From NCBI RefSeq assembly GCF_020745735.1, contig NC_083403.1, positions 26,462,766 to 26,526,765 on the forward strand: a stretch of DNA of 64,000 nucleotides, in the 5' to 3' direction. The DNA is from Hemiscyllium ocellatum (taxonomy: Eukaryota). A model generated the notes under the pieces. It was not told where the DNA came from. It saw only the letters and a program-made list of their open reading frames with translations, and did not search any database. A program made the position numbers and the translations under genes. Shown in pieces: positions 1-14,281 of the stretch. Each line of letters opens with the position of its first letter. The first letter of the stretch is position 1.

Positions 1-1019
1 TGTGGATGAATTAAAAAATTGTACATCGTCTTTTAAGTAAAGCATTATCAGTTGCCAGGTTATCTCCCCTGGTAGTATTTTATGTCAAATTTTAAGGTTT
101 TGTATCTTACTCAACAGTGTTGAACACAAAGGCTAGACAGGTATCGCAGGGCTGTGCTATTGGAGACGCCATCTTTAGACATGAAAATGGAGTCTCTCTG
201 TCCTGCCAGGTGACTAGGAAAGACCCCAGTGGTGCAATTCCAACAATAGTCAGTTGGCCTGAAATTATTTCTCTCACAATACTTCCAGCACTTTCTGTTT
301 TATATTATGGGTTGATGATTGCGTGATAAATGAATTCAAGAGAATTCTTGTTTCAGTCAGTATATTAATCATCCTGGATCGTATTTGGCACTGTGCTCTG
401 CACTGTCTGTGCACTGCAGCTTCTACATTGTCAGTAGGTCATTGATATAAAGTTGGCTGAATGATTCCAATGCTCTCTGATACTGGATGAAGGGAACAGG
501 GGGAAGGTCATTATCAGCTGGGACATGTCAAGGGGAGGCGAAATGAACAGGTCAGTAGAACTGATGTTCAAACAACAAATGCCTGACCCTTCAGACCACA
601 TTTTGTTTGGCTGTCCTTCATTCTGCTTCGCCTTCACCTTCAACTATTTCTTCCTTGTCAGATAGTGACCGTCCCCATTACTCTGACCATTGTGTCTCCA
701 ACTCCCTCCTACCACCCCCCCTCCCCTGTACAGCCCCCACCCCCACCCCTTGCCGGCCATGCAGAGGACCGTGTACAAAGTCTAAACTAACACTGCAGTG
801 CAGTGCTATTGTGGAGCTGTCGCTCAGATGTGGCATTAAATTGAGGCTCTTCTCCTGTTGTTCTTCTCAAACGGGTGAAGAAGATCCCACTGCGCTGTCT
901 TGAAGAGTAGGCGATTTTACTTTCATATCTTGGAAGTTACTGAACCCTCACCATCATAGTTAAAACAGATTATCTGCTTGCTTTCATAATACTTTTTATC
1001 AAGTTCACTCCTGGGTTAT

Positions 1020-2020
1020 GTGGGCCTTGAGAAGTTGGTGATGAGCTACCTTCTTGAACCACTGCAGTCCATGTGCCATTAAGGAAGGAATTCCAGGATT
1101 TTGTCCCAGCAACAGTGAAGGAACGGCAATTTACTTTCAAGTCAGGATGGTGAGCAGCTTGGAGGGGATCTTGTAGGTGGTGGGATCTGTTGTTCTTGGC
1201 CTTCCAGATGTAAGTGGTTTTACGTTTGGAAAGTGCCATCCCAGGAACCCGAATGAATTTATCCGGTGCATCTTGCAGCTTGTACACGTCGCTGCAACTG
1301 AGCATCAGTGACGGAGAGAGTGGATGTTTGTGGATGTGGTGCCTATCAAGCGGCTTGCTTTGTCCTGGATGGTGTCGAGCTTCTTGGGTGATATTGGGGC
1401 TGCACCCATCCAGGCAAGTGGAGAGTATTCCATCACAAGGGGGCATAATTTTAAGGTGATTGGAGGAAGGTTTGGAGAGATGTCAAAGGTAGGTTCTTTA
1501 CTCAGAGAGTGATGGGTGTGTGGATTGCACTGCCAACGGCGATAGTAGAGTCAGGTACATTTAAGTGACTCTTGGATAGGCACATGAAAGATAGTACAAT
1601 GAAAGGTATGTAGAATAGTCTGATCTTAGAGTAGGATAAAAGGCTGGCACATCAAGGTCCGAAGGGCCAGTACTGTTCTATGTTCTATCTTCTATGTTCA
1701 CCCTGACTTGGTCCTTGTAGATGGGGACAGGGTTTGTGGAGTCAGGAGGTGATGTTTGCACTAGAGGATTCCTAACTTCTGACCTGTTCTTGTAGCCACT
1801 GTACCTACAAAGCTAGTCCAGTTCATTTCTGATTAGTGCTAGCCGCCAGGATGTAGATAGTGATGGTAATGCCATTGAATGTCAAAATTCTTTGGTGAGA
1901 TTTCTCACTTGTGAGAGATGGTCATTGTCTGACATTTGTGTGACACAAATGTTTCTTGCCACTTGTCCTCCCAAGTCTGATTATTGTCCAGGTCATCCTA
2001 CATCTGCTGTGCTATGTCCA
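1020..2020 (-). mobile_element. Same LINE family, 3' fragment
   Basis: gctgcacccatccaggcaagtggagagtattccatcac is shared with 9360-9400 (opposite strand) and 39230. Confidence 0.75.
1436..1699 (+). mobile_element. CR1 3' end nested in an L2/CR1-like LINE
   Basis: TRGHNFKVIGGRF; tail gaagggccagtactgttctatgttctat. Confidence 0.75.
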
Positions 2021-2479
2021 AACCATGGATGTAGAAATAAAAAAAGTTTACAGGATGGAAGAAGGCCATTTAGCCCATCATGTCAATACTGGCCAACAAG
2101 TAACCACCCAGTTCAATCCCACTTTTCAGCTTCTGCTCCATCAGTTATCACTCTCTATGATTGTCATCTGGTTTTGTCCAGTTTTGGGGATGTTAGAGAC
2201 TGCAGGAGGCTGCACTGTTAATAAACATTACCTTCTACTGAAGAAGGCTTTCAAATCAGGCTTTTCCTTTCAGTCTTGGAGATAGAACCATTTCCCAGTG
2301 GTTCTGATTGGATTCCACTGACAATGTAAACTCCATTATTTAGATATTGACATTAACTCTTTACACTACAAACCTTTTTGGTTACAGCACTTTCAATGTA
2401 CCATAAGGAGTTTGACTCCTCCTTCCAGACAAGCAGTGAATTCCTGACCTCTTCACATTCCACCTACTCCTTATCTTAA

Positions 2480-3135
2480 TCCCTCTCTGCCCTCAGTTAT
2501 AAACCTCCCTTTCCCCTCTCCTCTATCCAGATACTTCATTATTTTATATACTCTAATTAGATTACCCCTCAGCTTCCTCCACTCCAACAGTTCCAGCCTA
2601 TCGAATTTTTACTCATAGCTAAAATTCTCCAGTTGAGGCGATGTCCATTGTAAATCTCTTTGGGACCGTCTCCAGTATAATCTCATCAATTCTATGATGC
2701 AATGATCAGACGTGCACATTGTATCCCAGCTATTGACTAACTAGTATTTGATACAGTTCCATTGTACCCTTCCCATTCTTAGATCAAGTGCTCTATTAGC
2801 CATCCTATACCTGTCCAGCGATCTTGAGGGGTCTGTGGATGTACACTCCAATGTACCTTTCTGAACCTCTGCAGTTCTCAGTATCCTGCCATTTACTATG
2901 TGTTGAATTGCTTTGTTAGCCTTCCCAAATATATCATCTCAGATTTATTCAGTTTGAACTCTAGCTGCCACTGACTTCGAGCCCATCAACATTTTCTCGC
3001 AGTCCAGAGCTATCTCCTTTATTATCAACCACGCAGTCAATTCTTGCATCATCTGCTTTATTGTGGCAGGTCTGAGTTGCCCATAAGCTCCAAAGAAGAA
3101 AGGGACTCTGTACTGAGCCCTGTGAAATCCCACTG
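2480..3135 (-). mobile_element. Decayed CR1 fragment
   Basis: Remnant of the PQGSVLGP motif (cacagggctcagtacagagtccc on the minus strand). Confidence 0.55.
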
Positions 3136-4229
3136 GAAACAATCTTTTTCAGTCACAAATTCATTGAGTGACTATACTTCAAATTAATCTTAACATCATT
3201 GAAAAAGACAAAACTACAATGTGGCAAAGATTACCCGTAAGCCATATGATTGGGAAAGTCTTAAGAATCAATAAAATGCAGCCAAAAATATGATAAAGAG
3301 GGAGAAAATAAACTTCAAATGTAAACTTGCAAGTAATATCAACATGGGCAACAAGAGCTTCTTGAAATGCATAAAAAGGAAGAGAGAAGCCAAAGTGAAC
3401 TGAGGGACTTTAGAGAATAAAGATATAATAATGGAGTGCATGAAAATAGCATCACAGTAGAATATACCAATAATTACCCAAAATTATTAAATATTCAAAA
3501 GACAAAAGTTCAGGAACCAAATACAATAATAATCATTCCAGAAAAGGTGCTAGGGAAATGAGTGGGGCTAAAGATGGATATATTCCTTGGACCTGATGGG
3601 ATCCATCCTAAGCAGTAGCCACACTGCATCACAAGATGAAGGCAGTTTCACAAGGGGTATAATCCAGTGGAAATGTTTCCTAGTGATGAACTAATTCACT
3701 GGCTTCAGGGATCTTGTGGAATGGTGACAGCATCCCTCTCTTTGGGCCAGAAGGTCTATATTCAAATCCCACCTCAGTGTATGATGACCACAGAGGTATC
3801 ATAACATATCCAAATAACTGATCTTTTTAAAAAAAGCCACCAGCCTATCTTCCAATCTTTTTGTTTGCACGACTATATTCATAAAATTAGCACAAAATTC
3901 ATTTCAAAAAATCTCAGCTTGAATATTACAGAATTTGTAATAAAATTCAGCTTGTCCCCACACAACATATTCCATTCAGTACTACTCCACAAGTGTTAAC
4001 ATTTACAATATTCATTCTATGCCAGCCAAATAGCCTGAGGGCAAAGCATTACAAATTGAAAATGTCCATTGAGGCAATAGATGTACAATTTTCTCTACAC
4101 ACCATGTTCCATTCTGATGTGCCTCGATACATTTTCAATCCTCTTGGAATCATAGTGGTCTACAGTCCAAACCAAGGCCAATCAATCCATCACATCAGTG
4201 CCAGTCAAACACAACGCCCTAACTATACC

Positions 4230-4910
4230 AATTCTGACTGGTCAACACTTGGCTCCTAACCTTATAAGCTGAGGCATTGCAAGAGCACATCTAAATATTT
4301 CCTCAATGTTATGAGGGTTTCTGCCTTTACCACCTGTACCAGCAATGAGTACCAGATTCACACCACACTCTAAGTGAAACAAGTGATCACATCTCTAAAC
4401 TTCCTGACCCTTACAGTAAATCCAAACCCCATTGATGCCTTCACCACAGGGAATAATCTGTTCCCATCTACCCTCTCTATGCCCCTCATCATTTCATATG
4501 TCTCAATTATGTCCCCCCTTGGTCACCTCTATTCTAAGGAAAACTACACCAGTCTTCCAATCTGTGCACTTAGCTCCACTGCTATCACATCCCTCCTATA
4601 ATGTGGATTCCAAAACTGCACACAATACTCTAGGTGTGGTCTACCCAGCATTTTATACAGTCCCAGCGTCACCTCCCTGCTCTTAAACTCTATGCCTCAA
4701 CAAAGGTAAGTATCCCCATATGCCTTCATAACCACTTCATCCACTTGCACCAATACCTTAGGGAACTGAGGGGTGGGCATGCACACCAAGATCCCTCTGA
4801 TCCTTGGCACTTCCCAGGATCCTACTGTTTTTCACATGTTCCCTTGCCTTGCCTGACTTACTCCAATGTATCACCTCACATTTATCCATACTGAGTTCCA
4901 TTTGCTAACT
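4230..4910 (-). mobile_element. Decayed CR1 fragment
   Basis: Similar to other CR1 3' regions in the window. Confidence 0.65.
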
Positions 4911-5271
4911 TAATGAATCAATTCATAAAAATCCAGAATTGAAAACCATTCTCAGCAATTGTCACCTCGTGTTGTAAAAACCCACCCCATTCACTCAGGT
5001 CTTTTAACTCTTTTACTGACTCTTAACTAGCTTCTGGGCAATTAAGGATGGGCAATAAATCTGGCCCAAGGCAGTGAAAGATTGAAGATGGACCTGAGGG
5101 GCAACTTCTTTAAGCAGAGAGTGGTCCATCTGTGAAATGGGCTGCCAGAGACAGTGGTTGAGGCAGGTACAATAGCAACATTTTAAAAGCATTTGGATAG
5201 GTACATGGATAGGAAGGGTTTAAAAGGTTATGGATCAAACGTGGGCAATTGGAGCTAGCTGAGTGGGTACC

Positions 5272-5363
5272 AAGATCAGAGCTGAAAATGTGTTGCTGGT
5301 TAAAGCGCAGCAGGTCAGGCAGCATCCAAGGAACAGGAAATTCGACGTTTCGGGCATAAGCCC
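5272..5363 (-). mobile_element. Family A hammerhead short element, truncated
   Basis: gcagcaggtcaggcagcatccaaggaacaggaaattcgacgtttcgggcataagccc; the CUGAUGA half is missing. Confidence 0.6.
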
Positions 5364-5570
5364 ATGACCAGTTTGGAACAATCTATGACACACACATCCC
5401 TTGAATAATGTTTTTAAGAATTACTGAGTAAAACACCCTGAGGTGTTTCACAGCAGCATAGTGAGACAAAACTTAATAACTGGATGTTATAAGAAGACAT
5501 TAGGAAGGATGACCTAAAGCTTTGTCAAACAGAGATTAAGGGAGTGAAATCCAGAGAGTGGAGTGATTGA

Positions 5571-5797
5571 AGTCAAGAGGGTGGTGCAGGAAAAGCACAG
5601 CAGGTCAGGCAGCATCCGAGGAGCAGGAGAATTGACGTTTTGGGCACAAGCCCTTCATCAGGCTAACTATTCCTAATGAAGGGTATATGGCCAAAACGTT
5701 GATTCTCCTGCTTCTTGGATATTGCCTGACCTGCTGTGTTTTTCCAGCGCCTCTCTCTTGACTCTGGTCTCTAGCATCTGCAGTCCTCACTTTCTAC
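5571..5797. mobile_element. Family A inverted pair
   Basis: ...gcccttcatcagg-ctaacta-ttcctaatgaaggg...; the arms are reverse complements. Confidence 0.7.
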
Positions 5798-5849
5798 TAA
5801 TGCAGTTAATAAAGTCAGGGATCCTCAGGAGGCCAGATTTAGAATGTAG

Positions 5850-6133
5850 AACCTAGAGAACATAGACAATAGGTGCAAGAGTAGGCCATTTGGCCCTTCG
5901 TGCCTGCATCCCCATTCAATATGATCATGGCTGATCATGCAATCTCGGTATCCCACTTCCAATTTCTCTCCATATCCCTTGATCCTGTTAGCCAAAAAGG
6001 CCACGTCCAGCTCTCTCTTGAATATATCGAATGAACTGGCCCCAACAGCTTCCTGTGGGAGAGAATTCCACAGGTTCCCAACTCTCTGAGTGAAGAAATT
6101 CTTCCTCATCTCAGTCTTGAATGGCTTGCCCAT
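5850..6133 (-). mobile_element. CR1-type 3' end
   Basis: FKTEMRKNFFTQRVGNLWNSLP. Confidence 0.8.
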
Positions 6134-6177
6134 TCAAGAAGTAAGAATTGAAGATGGAGGCCATTCAGTTTGTTGTA

Positions 6178-6450
6178 CGGCAAGGTGGATCAATGATTAG
6201 CACTGCTGCTTCACAGCACCAGGGATCCAGGTTCGATTCCAGCCTCGGGTGACTGTCTGCGTGGGGTTTACACATTCTCCCTGTGTCTGTGCTTCCTCCT
6301 GCACTTCAAAGATATGCAGGTTAGTTAAATTGGCCATTGTGTGCAGGCTAGGTGCATTTGTCATAGGAAATGTAGAGGAATAGGCCCTTCAGAGGGTCAG
6401 TGCGGACCTGTTGGTGCTAATGGCCTGTTTCCACATCATAGAGATCCTAT
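6178..6450 (+). mobile_element. HE1/V-SINE-type tRNA-derived SINE
   Basis: A/B-box head (ttagcactgctg...ggttcgattcc), V-domain-like core, LINE-like tail. Confidence 0.8.
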
Positions 6451-7414
6451 AAAACTTCTGCAGGCTCTTTGAGAGTGCTAAAGCCCCACTCCCTGCCATT
6501 TTCTCTCATCTGTGTGTTTATCAAACTGTAAGTTACCACGGAATCTGCTTCTACCACCCTTTCTGTCAGAACAGAATAAATCGCTGCTCTAAAATAAATT
6601 CTCCTCATCTCACCCATGGATCTAATCCCAATTTTTTTTTAACTTTCGCTCCAGCCGAAATTAATGATGTAGAAGATGGTCATTGTCGGCTTAATTAGCG
6701 TGCTGAAGGGTAGGGAATATTAAAATCAGCAAAAAGAAGCAAGCTCCTATTTAATTTCTCAGAACAAAAAAAAAGAATGTCCCCAGTGAATCAGCAGCAG
6801 CAGTAGACATAGCCCGAAAGTGCTTTGATATACATTCACAATTCCATTAGTATATCTGAGTCACACACAATTCGTCGGAAAAACAAAGCAACGTCAAACA
6901 GAAGCATCTCACAATGAAACAGATCAGTCCCTTCCTGCACTGACTGCTGAGCATTTGCAGAGACTTTAGTACCTTCAGCCATTTAGAGGGAATGGAAATG
7001 CTTTATGGTGACAGCAGTGATGAGACAATGACAGTAATCTGCATCGGTCTGTGAAAGAGTTGGATAGAGCTCTCAAGGATAGTGGAATCAAGAGTTATGG
7101 AGATAAGGCAGGAACAGGATACTGATTAAGGATGATCAGCCATGATCACATTGAATGGTGGTGCAGGCTCGAAGGGCAGAATGGCCTACTCCTGCACCTA
7201 TTGTCTATTGTCTAAACGTTTGTGTGACAAGACAGAAGAGAATTGGCAGCAAACAGGAGGTGTTGTGTAGCAACAAGATTCACTGTTTGGGGCCATGTTT
7301 GAATGGATAATTATTGATTACTTGATTTGTTGGTGCCCCATATAAATGGAAAATTTCATCTTTGAACATTGAAGGGACAGGTTAAAAATGACAGGAAAAG
7401 CCTAGCAAGGGACA

Positions 7415-7800
7415 GGAGAGAGCATCATGGAAAATTTCAGGGCATGACAAGAGGTTATCATGGGAGATTTCAGTGATTGGTGCAATAGCATCATGGGAAG
7501 TCTCAGGGAGTGTCAAGAGAGCATCATGGGAAATTTCAGGACACAACAAGACTGCGTCATGGGAAATTTCGTCGTTTGGTGCAAGCATATGGTGAGGAAA
7601 CTCAGGGAGTGATGAGAGAACATCATGGTAATTTCAGGATATGACAGGAATGTATCACAAGAAATTTCAGTGATTGATGCAAGGACATCATGGGAAATCT
7701 CAGGACATGACAAATTTATCATGGGGAATTTTAGTGAATGGTGATAGAGTATCATGGGAAATCTCAGGGAGTGACAAGAGGGCATGATGGGAAATCTCCG
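7415..7800. repeat. Degenerate minisatellite, ~30-33 bp unit
   Basis: About 12 copies of gcatcatgggaaatttcagg(gagtgacaaga). Confidence 0.85.
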
Positions 7801-8689
7801 CCAGTGGAAAACATGCAAATAGAGGTTATGGACATAAAGTGACTGCAATAGACAGAAACAACAAGCAAGGAAGCAGAAGAGGCTGGGGTAAACAAGAGGG
7901 CTGTTGCAGGGGAGTATGGGGAGTGATATTTCCCCCTTCCACTTTTTTTCATTCATTTGCCTTATTTAACTCGTTTCTGAAAAGTCACTGTTGAATTCGC
8001 TTCCACTGCCCTCATTGTTATCATTTCAAGTCCAGTATGAAATGGAAGATTGAAAGTGGGCATTAGACTTCAAATGTTAACCCTGTTTCTCACACCACAA
8101 GATGCTGCCAGACCTGCTGAGTTTCTCTGGCACTTCCTGTTTTTATTCGAGCGTCAGGATGTCGATTTGAAGAGCCTTGCACAGGCAGGGCCATGCACAT
8201 GAGAGAGCAGGTTGAGAAAGGCTTTCTGAGCTGGTGGAGCGGCATTTTAGTTGAGCACACCATGAGCTCCAGCACAGCAGTCAGCAAATCCCTGCACAAT
8301 GTTAGAGAGTAAAGAGGGACAACGATTGGTGGCGTTTGGATTGCAGCAGTCACCAGCAGATTGCTCGTCAATGGGAATGGCTGATATACCAGCATGGCTG
8401 TGCTGGTCATTGACCACGCAGATGGACAATCTCATTGGCCAATGAGTCTAGGCTTTCCCCCCAACCTCCCTGGGCCCCAGTGGTGAGCCACCCCCTTGAA
8501 TTCCCGCAGTCCTAGAAGTATAGATTTCCAGAATCATAGCACAGCAACAATAAAGGAATGGTGCAACATTTCTGAGACAGGATGGTGAGTGGGTTGAAGT
8601 GTATGCCGAATGGATGCATTATAATCCATCAGCAGCCATTGTTCCTTCCTGTTCCAGACAGCATAGGTTTGAGAGGTGCTTTCAAAGAA

Positions 8690-9840
8690 ATTTGTTGAGT
8701 GAGGTGACAGCCCTTGACATCAAGACTGCATTTGCCTGTGTGTGGCATCAAGGAGCCCCAGAAAAACTAGAATTAATGGGAATCAGAGGGCAAACTCTCC
8801 ACTGGTTCGAGTCATACCTGGCACACAGGAAGATGGTTGTTATTGTTGGAGATCAGTCATCTCAGCTCCAGGACATCTCAGCAGGAGTTCCTCAGGCTCA
8901 TGTCCTCAGTCCAACCGTCATTAGCTGCTTCATCAATGACCTTCCCTCCATCATGATGTCAGAAGTGGGGATGTTTGCTGATGATTACATAATGTTCAGC
9001 ACCATTCATGACTCCACAGATACTGAAGCAGTCCGTGCTCAAATGCAGCACGATCTGGACAATATCCAGGCTTGGGCTAACAAGTGGCAAGTAACACTTG
9101 TGCTGCCCAAAAGCCAAGCAATGGCCATCACCAATAAGAGACAATCTAACCACTACCCCTTGACATTCAGTGCTCTACCCATCACTGGATCCCCCATGAT
9201 CAACATGCCGAGGGTCATCATTGGACTGAAACTGAACCAGATTAGCCATATAAATAAACTGGCTACATGAGCAAGTCAGAGGCTTGGCTGCAGTGACTAA
9301 CCCATCTAATATATCCCCAAAGTCTGTCCACCATCTGCAAGGAACAAGCTAGGAGTGTGATGGAATGCTCCCCACTTGCCTGGATGGGTGCAGCTCCAAC
9401 AACACTCAAGAAGCTCAATACCATCGAGGATGTAGCAATCCACTTAATTAGCGAACATCTACAAGCATCCACTCCCTCTGCTACTGAAACTCAGTAGTAG
9501 CTGTGTGTACCATCTACAAGATGCACCATAGAAATTCACCAAAGATTCTCAGACAGCACCTTCCAAACGTATGACCATTTCCATCTAGAAGGACAAGGAC
9601 AGCAGATACACAGGAAGACAACTACCTTCGAGTTCCCCTCTAAGCCACTTACCATCCTGACTTAAAAAGACATCACCATTAGGTCCCTAGTGCTGGGACA
9701 AAGTCCAGGAACTTGCTTCTTAAGGACTGTGGGTCCTTACATTCGCAGGACTGCAGCAGTTCGAGAGACAGCTCATCAGCACATTCTCAGGACGATCGGT
9801 GGTAGGCAATAAATCCTGGCCCAGTCAGGGACACCCTCAT
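8690..9840 (+). mobile_element. CR1/L2-group LINE, RT C-terminal half and 3'UTR
   Basis: ORF 8599-9270: ALDIKTAFACVWHQG, SAGVPQAHVLSPT, GMFADD, QAWANKWQV. Confidence 0.85.
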
Positions 9841-10429
9841 TCACTTTATGAAAACAAAGGAGCTCCTACAGTTCACCTGATGGATGATACATGCCACTGC
9901 TGCTGTGATAAGTGAGAAACAGGAAAGTCAAGGGTATTGCAGGCTGCTCTCTCATTGCAAAGAGACGACTGGTGGTGAATTTAACCTGCGGATCACCATG
10001 CCCCAGGTAAGGGGTGAGATTGAATGGTGACCTCAAGTCATTATGGGAATTGAACCCAAGCTGGTAGCATCACTTTGTGTCACAAATCAGCTGTTCAGCC
10101 AGATGGACTCACTAGGGGGAGCCAATGAAGTGGTCTCTTAGTCCTAAATAGAGTGTTCTTCTTGGGAGTTGTTGTAACTGCACTCATCCTGGTAAATAAG
10201 GAGATATTTCTATTATTCAATCATGGGATTTGGCTAGACCAACATGTACTGTCCATGAATATTGCCCTTGAGTGTATGATCACACCACTGACTTGTGCTT
10301 TGAAAATAGTGGATTGGCACTGAGGGGGTCAGAAAGTGAGATAATCATCACCAAATCCTCATCCTCTGACGTGATCATAGAATTTACATGGCTGGCCCTG
10401 TTTGTTCTCTGGTCAGCAGCAACTGCCCC

Positions 10430-11130
10430 AAGGATGTTGACAGAGGGTGATCCAGCAATGGGAATGGCATCAAGTATCGTCTGGCTAGATTCTTTCTTTA
10501 TGGAGATGATCATTGCCTGGCACTTGTGTGGCACAAAGTTATCAGCAATATATTACCCCAAGTCTGGAAGTTGTCCAGGTCTCAGTACATATAGGCATGG
10601 AGTGCTTCAGTACCTACAGAGCTACAAATGGTATTGGACACTGTGTAATCATCGGTGAACTTCCCCACTTCTGACCTTATGATGGAGGGAAGATCATTGC
10701 TGAAACAGCTGAAGATGGTTGGCCCTAGGACACCACCCTGAGGAACTCCTGCAGAGATGGCATGGAGCTGGGATGATTCCAATGAGCGAAGAGTCTTTCT
10801 CTGATTCCCATGGACTCCAGTTGTGCTCGGGCTCCATGATGCCACACTCTGTCAAATGTCACTCTCACGTCCCCTCTGGAGATTCAACTTTTTTCCCCAT
10901 GTTTGAACCAAGGCTTTAATTTGGTGTGGAGACAATTGACTCAAGCAGATCCCAGACTGGGTGTCAGTGAGGAGGTTATTGAGAGTTCTGTTGACGCTTT
11001 CAAGCATTTTGCTGATGACTGAGAGGGGGGATTGATGTGGTGAAAACTGGTCAGAGTGGGTCTCTCCTCTTTTTGTCGCCAGGACACACTTGAGCAAGTT
11101 TCCATCTTGCCTGGTGGATGACAGCACTAT
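10430..11130 (-). mobile_element. Same LINE family, RT fragment
   Basis: ISAGVPQGGVLGPTIFSCFSNDLP...GKFTDD. Confidence 0.8.
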
Positions 11131-12915
11131 ATTTGTACGGGAACAACCTGAAGAGAAACACAACGAACTTTAGCGCACATGGTGTTTCTGAACGTTTTGT
11201 CAAGGATCTGCTCTTCATCTTGATTTCAAGATGTGATGTGAAAGAATTTGCAGGGTTATTTTGGACTACAGTCCTATCAAATTAAAGAGATGTTCAAGAT
11301 ACATTAAGTAACATGGCAATTAATACCAAAGAGGTTGCAGATTGAATTTATGATTATCAGTGTAGACATCAGTACACAATTAGAAATGTTGGGGTCTACG
11401 TGGAAGATGGCACGAGATTTTGTTGCACAGAGGATGAGTGCAAGAATGGCATCCTTTAAGTATAGAAGAAACAAGAAACATCAACTGTTTTTGAAAGAGC
11501 TGGGTACAAACGAAGGGTAGAGGCAAGGGATTCATTAGAATAGGAAAGCAAAGCACAGGCCTCTAACAAGTAAGGAGATCAGAAAAACAGAGCACTTGCA
11601 GAACCATTCAAATCTCAGACCATTCCAAAGTTCTTAATGGACAATGAAATTTAATGTTTTCATGTAAGAAAGCAAAGCAGCTAATTTATTCACAGCAGGC
11701 TCCCACAAATCGCAATGGGAAACATGATTTTTAATGGGCTTGGTTTGGGGATACAGTAAATGTTGGGACTTCTCCCCACTCTTCATCTTAAGGTCTCTGA
11801 CATCGAAAAGTACTGGTTTAATGGCCCATTTGAAAGGCAGAGCCTCTGACTGTGCAACATTCTCTCACAACTGTACAGTAAACATCAGCCTAGATCAGGG
11901 TCACAGCTCAGTAACCATATGCAACTTATTAGGACTCTTGTGGCTCCCAACCTTGATTAATTTCTGAAGCCTGCAATCTATTGTTGGGCATGCTGTCTTC
12001 TGTGTGAGCAAATGCTTTCAAATATGCATTTCATTAAAAAAAACAAATTGTAAAGTCAATTTAACAATGAACTTTGACAGTCCTGTTTGAGATTGAAAAC
12101 AACAGCGCACTGTCTGAATTACGGACAACTCTCCAAAGAAAGCCAAAGGCAGAAATTGCATCAAAGTAATGTTTTCTTTTTTTAGTTCCCCATTTTGTAT
12201 CTATCTTTTTATTTATTCCAAATATAATCATGCATTCTCTAGGAGAATGCTCCGACCAATCAGAATACATTAGCCAACTAGTTAGCATTTTTATTCACAT
12301 GCGGTATAAATTGCGTTCTCTTTGAAATTTGGATTCTTGTGTCTGTCCTGATGCATGTAAGACAAAAACATTTGACAGCATGTCTTCTTTTTCAACAACA
12401 CTCGAATATAAAAATGCTCATCTCCTGGGTTTGACATCATCTTACTTTCATTTATTTTTGTAGCCACTGTATCAATTTCAATTTCATTTAATCATTGTTT
12501 TAAATTTGATAACGCCACTATTAATTTGAAAACTGTTGGTGCAATGAACAGATAACAGGATTCTTGAAATCTTTTTTGATTGAATAGAAAGTGTATGCAT
12601 AATCTAACGTATTCATTGTTACTGGCAGCCTTGCAGAATTAGCTGCACACAAGATAATATGCTTCTGGCTGCATTGCGAAAAATAGTTTGTTGTATTATA
12701 AACACTGCTGATCCCTTGGCTAGATTATGCTTTCATAGCTTCAGAGAGAGGCTGTGAATCCAATGATTGGTAGGCAGAGGTCAACGCATTATCACTGTGC
12801 CAGGACTGACACCACTGAAGTCAACAAGACAAGAAAGTAGAGCTGAAAAATAAATAGGCTGCAAGGAAACAGAGTGAAGAAATGTTGCCAACGCATAGTA
12901 ATTTAATAATCAGAC

Positions 12916-13045
12916 ATCCTGATGAAGAACATATGCCCAAAATATTCATTCTCCTGCTCCTCGGATGCCGCCTGGCCGGCTGTGCTTTTCCAGCACCGCA
13001 CTCTTTGACTTTGATCTCCAGCATCTGCAGTTCTCCCTTTCTCCT
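12916..13045 (+). mobile_element. Family A single copy (decayed core)
   Basis: atcctgatgaagaacatatgcccaaaat...ctccagcatctgcagttctccctttctcc. Confidence 0.65.
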
Positions 13046-13134
13046 AATCAAGTTCTTAATGTTATTGATTGACATGGAAACAATGGGATTACAGCAATAA
13101 GTGAAATACACGTCAGATCAGGATTCGTAATTAA

Positions 13135-13930
13135 GGGCTTGCTAAAACTATACAAGGCACGTGTCCGATCACAGTTGGAATACCATGAACAGTTTTGGAC
13201 TTCTTAGCAAAAATAACCTGCAAGTGGAGACAGTCCAAAGAAAGCTCCCTGGGCTGAAACCAGGTATGATAAGGGCAATATTATGCAAAGATGTTAAGCT
13301 GGTTGGGCCTGTACTCATTAGAGCTTAGAAGAATGAGAGACAACTGTATTTAAACATAAAAGATTCTTCAGGGGATTAACAGGGAGGAGCAGAAAGGCCT
13401 GTTGTGGGTGAGTCTAGCATGAGAGGGCATAATCTCAGAATAAGGGGTCACCCAGGTAAGACAAAGATGAGGAGGAATTTCTCTCAGAAGGTCATAATTT
13501 CTTTACAACACACAGCTTTTGAAGCAAGGCTCATTATATGTATGCAAGGCTGAGATAGACAGATATTTAATCGGTAAGGGAATCAAGGGTTATGGGGAAA
13601 AGGCAGGACAGTGGAGTTGGGGATTATCAAATTGGCCATGATCTAATTGAATGACAGAGCAGACTGAATGGGCTCAATGGATTAGAGTGGTGCTGGAAAA
13701 GCACAGCAAGTCAGGCAGCATCTGAGGAGCAGGAAAATTGACGTTTCGGGCATTCCTGATGAAGGGCTTTTGCCCGAAACATCAAGTTTCCTGCTCCTCA
13801 GATGCTGCCTGACCTGCTATGCTTTTCCAGCACCACTCTAATCTTGACTCCAATCTCCAGCATCTGCAGTACCCACTTCTACCTCGATGGGGCGAATGGC
13901 CTACTTCTGCTCCGACATATGGTCTTGTGG
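13135..13930 (+). mobile_element. Older CR1-type LINE 3' fragment
   Basis: Decayed RT C-terminus and the tail ggccatgatctaattgaat...gaatggcctacttctgctcc. Confidence 0.7.
13680..13885. mobile_element. Family A inverted pair inside a CR1 3' end
   Basis: cattcctgatgaagggcttttgcccgaaac lies at the arm junction. Confidence 0.7.
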
Positions 13931-14281
13931 TCATATATGGAACACTCTGGAGGGATTGGGGAGGGAACAGCAGACTTGAGGTCATGGAGTTCAATAGAGA
14001 GATTATTGCTTCATCGAAACTGGGGATTTCCATTGAAATAAAAGCACAACACTGTGAATGAAAGCAAGATGTTTCAGATGCTGGAATTCAGGTATATAAA
14101 CAGAAAATTGCAGGAGAGACTGAGGAGGTGTTGCAGTATCTGTGGAGAGAAAACAAAGTTAACGTTTTGAAGCTGATATGACATGTCGGGGGCTGGCTGG
14201 TGACATTATTTTGGGCTCATTTTATCATGGATTCAGAGCAAAGTTGAGGAGAACATTTTGGCTCTAATTTGAATCATTGTG

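Noticed and set aside
7382-7956. Repetitive PEISHD peptide ORFs; superficially CRISPR-like periodicity
   Set aside because: A degenerate tandem minisatellite with related spacers, in a eukaryotic context with no cas genes.
8599-9270. 223-aa ORF as a host gene
   Set aside because: Degenerate LINE reverse-transcriptase fragment.
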